The translations under genes were made by a program, and so were the position numbers. DNA of 64,000 nt from Octopus vulgaris. Lineage: Eukaryota. The notes under the pieces are model-generated. The model ran no database searches, was not told where the DNA came from, and saw only the letters and a program-made list of their open reading frames with translations. This document shows, piece after piece, positions 1 to 11,838 of this stretch. The stretch's first letter is position 1, and the number at the start of each line of letters is the position of its first letter. The DNA lies in NCBI GenBank assembly GCA_951406725.2, contig OX597832.1, positions 12,586,001 to 12,650,000 of the forward strand, given 5' to 3'.

Positions 1-1161
1 TATTTTAGAACAAATTAAATGTGGTCACACGAGAACAGTTTACAAAACAATAAATCTCAATGTTATACTGATCAATACTTGCTATGATACCGTTTCGTTT
101 TCATTTCAGCAGCAATGTGGTGAGGCATGAATTTGACTAGCTTTCAGTAATCTGCTAGCGAGACCAGCAATATCCTCTCATTTAAATCAAAAATCAATGA
201 AACATTATAAGTTGTAGGCTTTTTTTTTCCCTTTATCTGATGTCACGTATTTTCTGAAGGGGACAAAAAAAATGAGATGATACCAGTGATAAAATAATAA
301 AGGCGCAACGTATTTTCGTTCTTGTTTAGAACTAACACTATCTCTCACGCATTTAGAATATCGTATATGTATTCCTGTCGGAGCAGGGGGTATATATGAA
401 TTGCTGTATGTATAGGCATCTTGTACATGAAAATCTCCGAATAGTTACAGATTATATGGTCTTACCTGTACACAAAACATCGACCCCAAAAGTGTCGTTG
501 TTTTCACAGTCCGTACATGTCAAAATGGGTGTGTATGCCTTTACCATTGCCATATACAAAGGCATTTTAAGTTCATTGTATTGAACGAGGAAAGGGAAGA
601 TCGTTATGAAGAAATTGCTTATTTAATGCGTCCTCATAAACTGGTTCTGTTTATTTACTGTGACCTCTGCAATGTCTCCAGGATCATGTCAAAATTGCAG
701 ATGGTTCTAGTGAGAGTTTGTTTGTTTTCTCTGAATAACTTTCAAATTGTTTACATTGTTTCAATAACCGACGTGTTGCGTCATTATTGTTGCTGAAAAC
801 CGTGTTTGCTTGGCATTGTTAATCGTCGAAAGGGTGCAGCAATTCATTCTGAATGAAACAGACGATTTGATAAATTACGATAGAGGTTGTACATGTAATG
901 CCCAATAATAGAGCGCGTCTCTCTGATAAAATCAGCACAAAGTCTTTCTGGAGAAAATGAAAAGTTAGTTTTACTGAGTTTCTAGCTTTAAGAACGTGAG
1001 TTCACATCCAGGCAAGCTCTCTTTTATATGAGAATGTTCTACCTTTAAAAAATAATGAAGATCCTTGCAGCGTTTTAGAAAATGCGATATTGAAACCTTT
1101 CACTGTTTTTGGCATTATAGTTGGTACTGTATTTATATAACCTTGCTACCTGAAGAAATAT

Positions 1162-1540
1162 TCTTTTCTACTCTTGGCAGAAGACCCGAAATTTTGCGGG
1201 ACGAGGCCAGTCGATTAGATCGACCTCAGTATCGACCCCAAAAGGATGAAAGCAAAGTCGACCTTGGCGGAATTTGAACTCAAAACATTAAGACGGAGGA
1301 CGAAATATAGCTAAGCATCAGTCCGCGCGAACGTTTCTTATAGAGGGGACACACAAGGACAGACAAAGGGATTAAGTCGATTACATCGACCCCAGTGCGT
1401 AAATGGTACTTAATTTATCGACCCCGATAGGATGACAGTCGAAGTTGACCTCGGCGGAATTTGAACTCAAAACGTAAAGATGGAGGACGAAATACAACTA
1501 AGCATTTCGCCCGTGCAAATATTTATGCCAGCTTGCGGCA
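1162..1540 (-). mobile_element. tRNA-derived SINE family A, internally duplicated core
   Basis: Reverse complement gives the head GCTGGCATAAATATTTGCACG and B-box GAGTTCAAATTCCGCC. The core GAGGTC(G/A)ACTT...ATCCT...GGGTCGAT occurs twice. Same sequence recurs at 13888, 44344 and 63745. Confidence 0.85.
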
Positions 1541-1589
1541 TTTATTTGCAGAAATATTGTAGGTAGTATTTATTTATACCAGGTTTAGA

Positions 1590-1765
1590 AGAGCGTCTGA
1601 CAAAATGCATTGCGCAATTTCTTCCGATTCATTACGTTCCGTGTTCAAACTCCTTTGGGTTCAACCTCGCATTTCTTCTGTTAGGGGAAAATAGAATAAA
1701 TTACTACTCAATTACTGGAATCATTATTATCCCCTATTCCACTCTCTTTAATATTGCTTGCCATT
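1590..1765 (+). mobile_element. highly decayed SINE family A copy
   Basis: TTACGTTCCGTGTTCAAACTCC...GGGTTCAACCTCGCATTTC is collinear with the family A B-box and core. Confidence 0.4.
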
Positions 1766-3031
1766 AGTAATCGTTATACTATATTTTTAAGCAAGTATTT
1801 AAGAGGAGCAATCAATAAATAGACCCTAATATGCTAAAAAAAAATCAATCACTTGTATTACAAAGCATATTCGACTTTCAAAAGAAAAAAATGTCGATCA
1901 CAAATGGCATGATATACTCATAAATCCTTTTCATCAGGGAATTGTGGGGATATATAGCTGCAGATAGCTATATGTTATCTATTTTTCTCTGAAGTCATTA
2001 GCATATTTTACTTTTAGCATTCATTGATGGTTAGCCCAAGTTTAGCCCTCATTAACAGTATCATATCTACGTCAATTCAATCTGAGATCATTCCGTTATT
2101 ATTGAATATATAATGTATGCTGGACTACATTGTTGATTCGTTAATTTTATATTAGTGGCTTGTTCTAATATCGACCTTAAATTATATTCTCTTATCCCAT
2201 GAATTTAATTAAGTCTCATAATAAAAAGCCTCATAGCAAGAACGTTTCATCGAACAATATGAAGGCATACACAAAAGTGTTGCCATTATTTATAGCAACC
2301 ATGCAGATATAACTGAATTTATAATTAAATTACGATTGATATGAAGTAACGAAATACACCGTATACCTACGTTAACAGGTAAAAATCGAACTTGATATTC
2401 ACATGTACACACAGTTGTGATATTGATGAAAAATAATAATAATAAAAATAAAACAGAAAAAGAAACTGCCGTGACGCTACATTTCCAACCTTTATACAAG
2501 CAAATGAATTCTTTTTTCATATACGTTTTCGTTTCTTTTAGTTTTTGATATCAGTTTGTTGTATTCCTTGCATAGCATCGATGAATTACTTCATTGAAAC
2601 AGCTTTTCTGCACCCCCCAGCTTCACACAGAATAGTGTATTATTAATGCACAATGATACAAGCTGCGATAGAATAGTAAAATTTATACCACTTGGGTATG
2701 CGCACTCAGAGCAGGCATAAATGCATTTTCCGGTATTCGAATTTCTATTGAAAAAGAAAGAAAAAATACAATCAGTAAAACGGTATTCTATTTTCGATTT
2801 TTTTTTCTCTTTAGTGTATGAATTTTTTCTTGATTTTTTTTGGTTTTTTTCTTTTCTTATTGAGTTGTATAGGAGGAATCATGGATAAAAAATAAAGAAA
2901 CAAACATTAACTGTTTCTAAAAATAAATAAAGAAACATACCAAAGTCGTGCAACAAAAGGAACGCATACATACATACACAGAACAACTCAGAGACACACA
3001 CAATCACGCTCATATGCACATATGTTCACGA

Positions 3032-3065
<34 letters not shown>

Positions 3066-3335
3066 GAACATCCGTGCATAGTTATGTAGATTCTTCCATA
3101 AATCAAATTGTGTTATAAACGCAAGGCAGCGAGCTTTGTTAGAATCACAGTTCTGGAATAATTGATATGCAATGTAATTTGTGACTGAAATCTACCTGTT
3201 TGCCAATCATAATGAAATTAAGACTTTCTTATATCAAGATGATAAATCCTTTATGGACAGGATTTAAAGTCTTAGCAGCTTTTAGCAGATTTTCACGTCA
3301 ACGAATCTTACCATCGCCACCATATATTTTGATTA

Positions 3336-3767
3336 GAATCTTTTCGGTTTGAACGGCAATTTTTTAACATAATTTCTAGGTAACTAAAAAAAATTTTAAT
3401 TCGTATAGTGGTAGAATGTGTTTATAAAACATCTTTTTCTCTTGGCTTTATTGAGAAAATTCTATATTTTGTAAGATATCTGTTGTTTTTTTTCTTCAAT
3501 TTCTGCATTTTCAACCAATCACTGACATCTATTGAGGTAAAAAACATTGTGCCGTATGAATATGTCCGTCGTTTAAGAAACACATTGGGTTTATTTACAT
3601 TTGTGAAGAAAAAAGATACCCTTCCCGCCACCTCTAACCTTAACCCTAACTAACCCTAACCCTACAACATATAGAAATGCAATAGATCGATACTAGGGTT
3701 ATGATTATGGGTGACAATTTCAAATGACACCGCTAGAAAAAAACTGCTGTTCAAACCGAAAATATCC
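3336..3767. mobile_element. MITE / non-autonomous DNA transposon with ~30-bp TIRs
   Basis: Left end GAATCTTTTCGGTTTGAACGGCAATTTTTT; right end reverse complement GGATATTTTCGGTTTGAACAGCAGTTTTTT. Flanks are TTA and TTT. No transposase coding. Confidence 0.8.
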
Positions 3768-3802
3768 TTTGATTACATTTGAATGCTTGAAAACACACAC
3801 AT

Positions 3803-3857
<55 letters not shown>

Positions 3858-3896
3858 GATACCCAGAGACAAATAAATATACCCACAGAGACACAT

Positions 3897-4950
3897 AGGC
3901 GCAGGAATGGCTGTGTTAAGTAGCTTTCTTACCAACCACATGGTTCCAGGTTCAGTCCAACTGCGTGGACCTTGGGCAAGTGTTTTCTACTATAGCCTCG
4001 GGCCGACCAATGCCTTGTGAGTGGATTTCGTAGACGGAAACTGAAAGAAGCCTGTCGTATATATGTATATGTATATATATGTGTGTGTGTGCATTTGTGC
4101 GTCTGTTTGTGACCCCAATATCGCTTGACAACCGATGTCGGTGTATTTACGTCCCCGTAACTTAGCGCTTCGGCAAAAGAGATCGATAGAATAAGTACTA
4201 GGCTTACAAACAATAAGTCCTGGAGTCGATTTGCTCCACTATGTGTGTGTGTGTGCATTTGTGCGTCTGTTTGTGACCCCAATATCGCTTGACAACCGAT
4301 GTCGATGTATTTACGTCCCCGTAACTTAGCGGTTCGGCAAAAGATACCGATAGAATAAGTACTAGGCTTACAAACAATAAGTCCTTGGGTCGATTTGCTC
4401 GACTATGTGTGTGTGTGCATTTGTGCGTCTGTTTGTGACCCCAATATCGCTTGACAACCGATGTCGATGTATTTACGTCCCCGTAACTTAGCGGTTCGGC
4501 AAAAGATACCGATAGAATAAGTACTAGGCTTACAAACAATAAGTCCTGGGGTCGATTTGCTCGACTATGTGTGTGTGTGCATTTGTGCGTCTGTTTGTGA
4601 CCCCAATATCGCTTGACAACCGATGTCGGTGTATTTACGTCCCCGTAACTTAGCGGTTCGGCAAAAGAGATCGATAGAATAAGTACTAGGCTTACAAACA
4701 ATAAGTCCTGGGGTCGATTTGCTCGACTATGTGTGTGTGTGCATTTGTGCGTCTGTTTGTGACCCCAATATCGCTTGACAACCGATGTCGATGTATTTAC
4801 GTCCCCGTAACTTAGCGGTTCGGCAAAAGATACCGATAGAATAAGTACTAGGCTTACAAACAATAAGTCCTGGGGTCGATTTGCTCGACTAAAAGCGGTG
4901 CTCCATCATGGCCGCAGTCAAATGACTGAAACAAGAAAAAGAGTAAAGAG
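3897..4950 (+). mobile_element. tRNA-derived SINE family B (CORE-like segment; resembles octopus OR-type SINEs) with internal tandem expansion
   Basis: Head GGCGCAGGAATGGCTGTGTTAAG, B-box-like GGTTCAGTCC, CORE-like ACCTTGGGCAAGTG, internal (TA/TG)n, 3' end GCGGTGCTCCATCATGGCCGCAGTCAAATGACTGAAACAAG. Related copies at 5076, 32212 and 63445. The family name is recalled, not searched. Confidence 0.85.
4081..4890 (+). repeat. tandem array, 5 x ~162 bp, inside SINE B
   Basis: GCATTTGTGCGTCTG starts at 4091, 4255, 4417, 4579 and 4741 (spacing 164, 162, 162, 162). Confidence 0.97.
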
Positions 4951-5075
4951 TATAGACACAATCGCATGATTTTTATTTGAATTTCTTTATTATAAAACGA
5001 ATTGGGACAAGCTGTGCATGCCAACACCCAATAGCCACCTCTGTACCGTGATTATGCATCTCGTATATTACAGTA

Positions 5076-5830
5076 TAGCTAACGTTGCTATGCAGCTAGA
5101 AGCTAGCTTCCCTACCACACGGTTCCGAATACAATCACACTACTTTGCACTTTCCACAGCAAACTTCCACAATGGCTTCGCACCGAGCAAAGCCTTCTGA
5201 GAGGATTTAGTACACGGAATATTAAAGAAGCCCACTGTATGTGTGCGTGTGTTTGCGTGAGTGTGTGTGTGCGTGCATGCGTGCGTGCGTGCCTTTCTAT
5301 CTCGACGTGTCCTCAACACGCCGCTTGACAACCTGTGTTTATGTTCCCGTGTGAAGGCACGTGGTTTAGTGGTTAGGGTCATTCGACTCATGATCGTAAG
5401 GTCGTGAGTTCAATTTCCGGCGGCGCATTGCGTCCTTGAGCAAGACACTTTATTTCACGTTGCTCCAGTCTACTCAGCTGGCAAAAATGAGTAGTACCTT
5501 GATTTCAAAGGGCCATCCTTGTCACACACTGTGTCACACTGAATCTCCCCAAGAAATACGTTAAGGGTACACGTGTTTGTGGAGTGCTCAGCCACTTGCA
5601 CGTTAATTTCACGAGCAAGCTGTTCCGTTGACCGTATCAGCTGGGACCCTCGTCGTCACAACCGACGGAGTGCTCATATATTCCAGTAAGTTAACGGTTC
5701 GGCAAAAGACACCGATAGAGTAAGTACCAGTCTTTAAAACACGAAGTGTAGTGGGTGATTCGTTTAACTAAAAACCTCCACGGTGGTGCCCCAGCATGGC
5801 TGTAGTCTAATGACAGACACTAGTAAAAGA
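5076..5830 (+). mobile_element. older SINE family B copy, interrupted by a nested SINE
   Basis: AAAGCCTTCTGAGAGGATTTAGTACACGGAA...GCTTGACAACC precedes the insert; GTAAGTTAACGGTTCGGCAAAAGACACCGATAG...CCCCAGCATGGCTGTAGTCTAATGAC follows it. Confidence 0.75.
5351..5677 (+). mobile_element. tRNA-derived SINE, head D + tail T1, nested in SINE B
   Basis: A-box TGGTTTAGTGGTTAGG, B-box GAGTTCAATTTCC, CORE-like GTCCTTGAGCAAGACACTTTA, tail ending CGTCGTCACAACCGACGGAGTG. Degenerate TSD ATGTTCCCGT (5341) / ATATTCCAGT (5678). Confidence 0.85.
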
Positions 5831-6255
5831 TACTACGAAAGTTGGCCCATTTATTACACACATCGCGTTGTACACATTTACATAGTTAACTGTAAAAGCG
5901 ACCCATATTTATGTATCTACTGGCTATTCGATATAAATCAATATTAATACGCATCTAACTTAAAACCAGGATTATACTAATCCTATACTAATCCAAAAGT
6001 CTCTCACTTCTTTTCTCAAGCAATGAACTAAATTTGCTAATATAGTTCAGCTACATACAGTCATATAAATGTGCTTCATTATACGTTTCATACATACATT
6101 CAGTCGAAACCAAGTTAATACGAACAAATTCAAGAGACTGCTTTTTAAAAGACACACATAGAAATACACGCATTTGTCGGGTGAACATAAAGAATATGAA
6201 AGTATACATACATCCATATATACATACATATATACACAGACACAGACACACACAC

Positions 6256-6322
<67 letters not shown>

Positions 6323-6469
6323 GTTATGAATATGTAACTGTGAATGTATACACATGTATAATTATAAATATTTAACTGGGAGTATTTATGCATTTCTCTT
6401 TATATATAATGTATATTTACATCGCTATATATGTGTGTGTTTAAGACTGTGTGTGTATGTATCAATGTG

Positions 6470-6660
6470 TGCAGTCACATGACAAGTAGTTAATGTGTAG
6501 CACATTCGATCGAAAATCGGGGTTTCGTCTTTTAGACCGGCGGTGCGTTGCATCCTTCAGCAAAACACTTCATTTCACGCTACTCCAGTCCATTCACTTA
6601 ACCATTGGATATCTCTGTGACAGAATATCATTCCGTTTAAAGGGAATGTAGGCCTGCCTG
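6470..6660 (+). mobile_element. decayed SINE, head D
   Basis: GGTTTCGTCTTTTAGACCGGCGGTGCGTTGCATCCTTCAGCAAAACACTTCATTTCACGCTACTCCAGTCCA matches the 5351 copy; the 3' part differs. Confidence 0.65.
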
Positions 6661-7776
6661 TCTAAGCAAGGGAGTGATATAATTCGGCAAACACCATGAT
6701 ACAAGGAAACGAACTGTGAGAAGCTGTGCATATCAACACCCAATTGTCACGTCTGTACAGTGATGATACATCTTATATATTACAGTATTTGACCTTATCT
6801 ACTTCTTACCGTCTTACAATAAACTATAATGAGATCTAACATAGGTGTACGCTTATGAATGAATAACCGACATTTTCCACTTCCCTGATGCTTAATTTTT
6901 GCTTTCAAGGACAAATGGAATAGGCATAGCACACTTGATTCCTGCAGAATTTGAATTGATGCACAAATCTAGCATATTTATACAAACAAATATACTACGA
7001 CTGTGTTCCTGTACTTTCAATTCAATCATAGGGTTAGAGTTAGGCATGCGAGATTTTATAGTGATAGAAGGCGACGGATTTTCAGGTAACGATACAGACT
7101 ATATCCTTAATAATGTGTCCTATCTCAAATCCATTTTCCAGGAGCAAGGGAAGATGAAAAGCAGTGTTAATAGCATCAGGATGTGAACTTAGAACCTAAA
7201 TGGGCAAAATCCCTTTCCCGCGAGGCGTTTCGTGGGGCGCTCTTCCTATTATATAAAGATTTACACGTGATTTAACTATCCAAGTACTAAGCCATGGCAT
7301 GCATCCGATATCTTACGCTTTGCCCTTGGGAGTAATGGATCTGTGATATTGAATTGTGAATCTGAAGAAGTGGTTTAGCTTGAAAAACATGAAATCCATT
7401 GACATTTTATGGTATATCCCACTCGAAAGAGATCGATTATGCTAACAGTGGCAGCTGAGAGGAAAAAATCTAATAAAGCAGCCAAAAACGGAACGGAAGC
7501 TATTAAATAGACTAATTATATGAAAGATCGGCTGATGTTTTCGGACAGAATTAAACAGTGGAGGATTCGTGGCCATATTAAATTGAGCAGAAGGAGCAAT
7601 AGTTCATAAAACCAAGTCGAATATCTGCAAAGTGGATGTGAGGTAATGTATATCAGTTGAGGAGGCATGCGAGAATTACCGACGTAATATTGATCAATGA
7701 AGTGGAAAGGAAACAACAACGAAAACAACGTGGAATGAATTCGTGAGAGAGGGAGAGGAAGGTGGAGGAGAAAAAC

Positions 7777-7831
<55 letters not shown>

Positions 7832-7894
7832 AAGATATATAGACAGATAAACAGAGAAAGAGAGACAGAGAGAGATACAGAAAGATACATAAAG

Positions 7895-7933
<39 letters not shown>

Positions 7934-7970
7934 AAGAGACATAAAGAGGCAGAGAGAGAGAGAGAGAGAC
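7777..7970. repeat. complex (GA)n microsatellite
   Basis: Runs of GA interrupted by GACA/GATA units. Confidence 0.95.
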
Positions 7971-8687
7971 CGTAACAAACCAAATTCACATATAATAATC
8001 TAGCAGTAACCATAAAAAGTTATGTTATTTTTGGTGTAGGTTTTGTTGTTGCTTTTGGTCGAAGTAGTAGGGATGTTGTTGTTGGTGGTGGTGGGGACGG
8101 TGATGGTAGTGGTTGTGGTGGTGGCGATGTTGGTTGTGGTGAACATTATGATGAGGTTTTTATTCTTGTTGTGTTGCTGCAATTGGCATTGATTAGAACC
8201 ATGTCAACCGTGCTTACGATATAAATTCATTGTAACCCTTACCATCAATATCTTTATGGGTATTTAGGTCCATCTAATATGCCCTTCATTGCTTATAGCG
8301 TGTGATTTGAATCAAATTTTTCTGTCTATTTCTAGAACGTCGCACTACAAGTTAGCTTTCCAATTTGGCCCCCAATACAAACAGATTTTGTTTTCTTATA
8401 AGCTGCAAACAAGAAAAGCAAAATACGAAAGAACAAGCGATGCAGAACTGTGGCGAGACTGTTGTTTTTAAGTTGGAGAAATATTAACAAATCTCAAGAA
8501 AGGGCAGAATTGTAGGGCAATGGATTTAAATTGATACCAATACATATCTGGTAATAAGCTTTGTGCTTCCTACGTAAATTAAAGTTCATGATATGCGCCC
8601 TGGAAATGTATTTAAAGGGAGCTAATTATTGCAAAGCTTGTTTGCAATTATACATGGCGTCAGCACTTTCAAATTCCGCTCTCATCA

Positions 8688-8727
<40 letters not shown>

Positions 8728-8763
8728 GCTACTGCTGCTGCTGCTGCTGCTGCTGCTACTACT
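8688..8763. repeat. compound (CTA)n(CTG)n microsatellite
   Basis: Read directly. Confidence 0.95.
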
Positions 8764-9233
8764 AAATATGTTCATTCGACAAGTTAGAAATGACATCCAA
8801 TTCTCCATAGAGTCTAATGTTATACAACGAGGATGATGGTATGTCTATTCACGATAATGTTATGCGGGGTTCTAAATTAAACATTAAAGAATCGCATATC
8901 AGTGCTTTTTACTATCCATGCCTTTAATCAGGGCTGACCTGGGTCTAATACACCCCAAGAATTGCAGCAGAATCAGCAAGCAGCAATACAACAGCAACTG
9001 CTACTGATAACAATACTACAAGCGCTGTTTAGAGAATTTGAAAGCGAGAGACGGTAGACTAAAAGGAAATCCTTCCTAAGGGAATAGTTAGTCCCAAGAG
9101 ACCAATATATAAGTTTGGAGAAATTATCCAAGTATATAAATTGAGAAACCAGATTGTTGAACTTCGACATAGTAACTCCATGGTACTACGGAAACTGAAG
9201 GCAGGCAATGAAATAGCCTTACTAAATAATAGC

Positions 9234-9276
<43 letters not shown>

Positions 9277-9288
9277 TTAATAATAATT

Positions 9289-9826
9289 ATGCCCTGATGC
9301 AGTACCAGACAGCAGCTCTCATAGGATCTGATCTTAACTTATTGCAAGGGTTATCACGTACATTCTTTTGTCTTGGTATAAAAGGTGGGCTACAGCAAAT
9401 ATTCTGCTCAATACCACAAATTTGTTTGTTTGTTGTTTGACCATAACCAGTTGAGCATGTCCCTTAACAGCTGACGATATGTGCATAACTAATCACGAGC
9501 AGAGGAGCATCATAGCCATGTGTTGAGAGGAGTTGTTTAGGATTTGGATAATTCACCTTTCGAAACATAAGTGCTTCGTTCAACATCCCTAAGCAGCCCT
9601 TATTCAGGGACCTTTCCAGCGGAATGGGCTACACGACCTGAAAAAGAAAATTCTAAATGGGACCCCACCTTCAAGGCCATGCACTGTTTATCTTTATATG
9701 TCGCGCACATGCCATTGCGAGGCATGTGCCTAAGGTTTACTTATCAGACAGGTAGTTATGATGGGTATAGTGGGATTCGTATATTTTACCCTAGCGTCAC
9801 GTTGATGGCATACAATACTCTCTCAC
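9289..9826. mobile_element. ~540-bp interspersed element embedded in (AAT)n
   Basis: More GC-rich block flanked on both sides by AAT-type repeats. Its terminus ATGCCCTGATGCAGTACCAG recurs inverted at ~16472-16491, also next to (ATT)n. Confidence 0.55.
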
Positions 9827-9867
9827 ACAACAACAATAATAATAATAATAATGATGATGATGATAAT

Positions 9868-10070
9868 GTTTTCAAATTTTGGCTCAGGGCCTGTTATTTC
9901 GGGTGAGGGGCCAAGTCGATTAGATCGACCCCAGTATCAAAATTATATTTTTTGAGACCTGGAATGGATGGAAGTCACCATCGGTGAAATTTGAACTCAA
10001 GACGTTAAGACAAACAAAATACTGCTAAGTATTTTATCCGGCGTTCTTACCGATTCTGCCAGCTCAATAC
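9868..10070 (-). mobile_element. SINE family A monomer
   Basis: GTCGATTAGATCGACCCCAG, AATTTGAACTC and GATTCTGCCAGCTC (reverse complement of the head). Confidence 0.75.
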
Positions 10071-10185
10071 CATAAATTGGACTATGGAATATGGAATAGT
10101 GGAATATGAACGGAAAGACAGATGAAATGGCGCTACGCAGTTTGCTTGGGGTGCTAACGAGTCTGCCAACTAACCACCTTTTATT

Positions 10186-10392
10186 TCGCGATCTGGCAGA
10201 GTCGCTACCTTATCGGACAATATGTTCAGCAGCATTTCTTCCGGCTTTACGTTCTGATTTCAAATGCTCTCAGGATCGAAATTCATCCTCTCGGGGTCGA
10301 TAAAATAGGTAACAGTCGAGCAATGAGGTCAATGCGATCAACTTACCCATTCACCAGAAAGGATTGGCTTTGAGCCAAAATTTGAAACCAAT
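10186..10392 (+). mobile_element. SINE family A monomer
   Basis: CTGGCAGAGTCG...TTACGTTCTGATTTCAAAT...CATCCTCTCGGGGTCGATAAAATAGGTA...GCCAAAATTTGAAACC. A further head fragment lies on the minus strand at ~10105-10180. Confidence 0.75.
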
Positions 10393-10964
10393 ATAGTTAA
10401 TGTGATTGAATTATAAATTAAAGCTGGAAAATTCCTAGACCTGAACAATAGTTTTTGATATTCCATTCTACTAACCATTAAACAATTCGGTAAATATTTA
10501 AAGTATGTGGAAACTGATTTATGTCTGATGATACTTTTTTTTTTTACACTAACTTATATTTACGAGAAAATGGCTCTAGTAAGAATAATGAACAGAGTGA
10601 AGCTTTTCATTCTATTATCATTTTAGTGATTTAATAACTGTAAATAACCAAGCCGTAGCGGTGTTGGAAGTAGGAAGTTATTGAAATCTTATTATGTAAG
10701 AACGTAATAATATGACAGTTATAAAGTAATTTCACCTGATACCTGCTGTGAATATCAGATGAAGATGAGGCCCAAAAGTGTAGATTAGCATTGTTTTAAG
10801 ACAGAAACAAAGCAATTCGTTGTCACATTATAAGATTACAATAAGCTTGAGATTAATATGCGAAAAGTAAAGAACGATGCTGTGTAATATGTTAGGGCAG
10901 CATGAAAAATACTGAAGATTTTTTTTTCCGGAAGAATTAAAGGCAAGAGAGAACATCTACGTGG

Positions 10965-11434
10965 GTGGAGGTGCAATGGCCCAGTGGTTAGGGCAACAGT
11001 CTCGCGGTCATAAGAACGCGGTTTCGATTCCCAAACCGGGCATTGTAACTGTTTATTGCGCAAAAACACATAAGCTTGACGAAGTAGGGGAGGGTGGTGA
11101 TCCCCGCTGTACTCTTTCCCCACAACTTTCTCTCACTCATTCTTCGAACTTCTGCCACAAAACAGAAGAACCATGGTGTGGTAAACTTTCAGACACTAGT
11201 CTAGATTGCGAATCCTCTGTACACCAGGGTGTTTCATCTCTCCACCCGTTAAAAGCCACCCATTACGGAATGAGGATAACAGCGTAGCTTTCGCGCCCGA
11301 GCAACCGCCAGTCTATCGCGTATGGTGGGTGGATCTTCAAGTTGCCACACGCCTTCTTAGTGGCTTAGAATAGGATCGAATTAGAGATTATTCTTTGTGT
11401 CTTATGGCGTGAGTCCTGACTGGAAGAAGAAAAA
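10965..11434 (+). mobile_element. tRNA-derived SINE, head C + tail T2, with 13-bp TSD
   Basis: Head GGAGGTGCAATGGCCCAGTGGTTAGGGC...GGTTTCGATTCCC, ending in GAAGAAGA. Perfect direct repeat AACATCTACGTGG at 10952-10964 and 11435-11447. Confidence 0.9.
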
Positions 11435-11792
11435 AACATCTACGTGGTCCATCAACAGGGAAGAAGTATCAAGCATATCTTATACCCAACATCTATTGTA
11501 GTAAGGAACGGAAACACTTTCACTTAAAACAGGGTTATAAATAAATGTTCAGTGCACAGTATTTCGAAACAAAAACATGATTTAAGTCCAAATAAGATCG
11601 ATCATATATTCATTATGTAATTATTATACAGTAATTACATAATTAAGGAAATTTATCAAAGGAAGTTAGGAAGGGTCTTTGAAATATTTCATGTAAATAA
11701 GATTCTTCATAACAAAATTACGAACGCATCTAAGAATACACGCGCTTGCACATAATTATTAATATATATTCCTATGTATGTAAACCCATTAC

Positions 11793-11838
<46 letters not shown>

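Noticed and set aside
4204-4863. 219-aa ORF with 54-aa repeats and hydrophobic stretches, superficially a secreted or neuropeptide precursor (KR sites)
   Set aside because: It is the antisense translation of the 162-bp SINE tandem array; the frame stays open because the unit length is a multiple of 3.
4081-4890. CRISPR-like periodicity
   Set aside because: Whole units repeat with no unique spacers, there are no cas genes, and the context is eukaryotic.
7361-7400. Other isolated CTGANGA heptamers (e.g. 7361, 9471, 18105, 43985)
   Set aside because: No stem II followed by GAAA and no stem I pairing; expected by chance.
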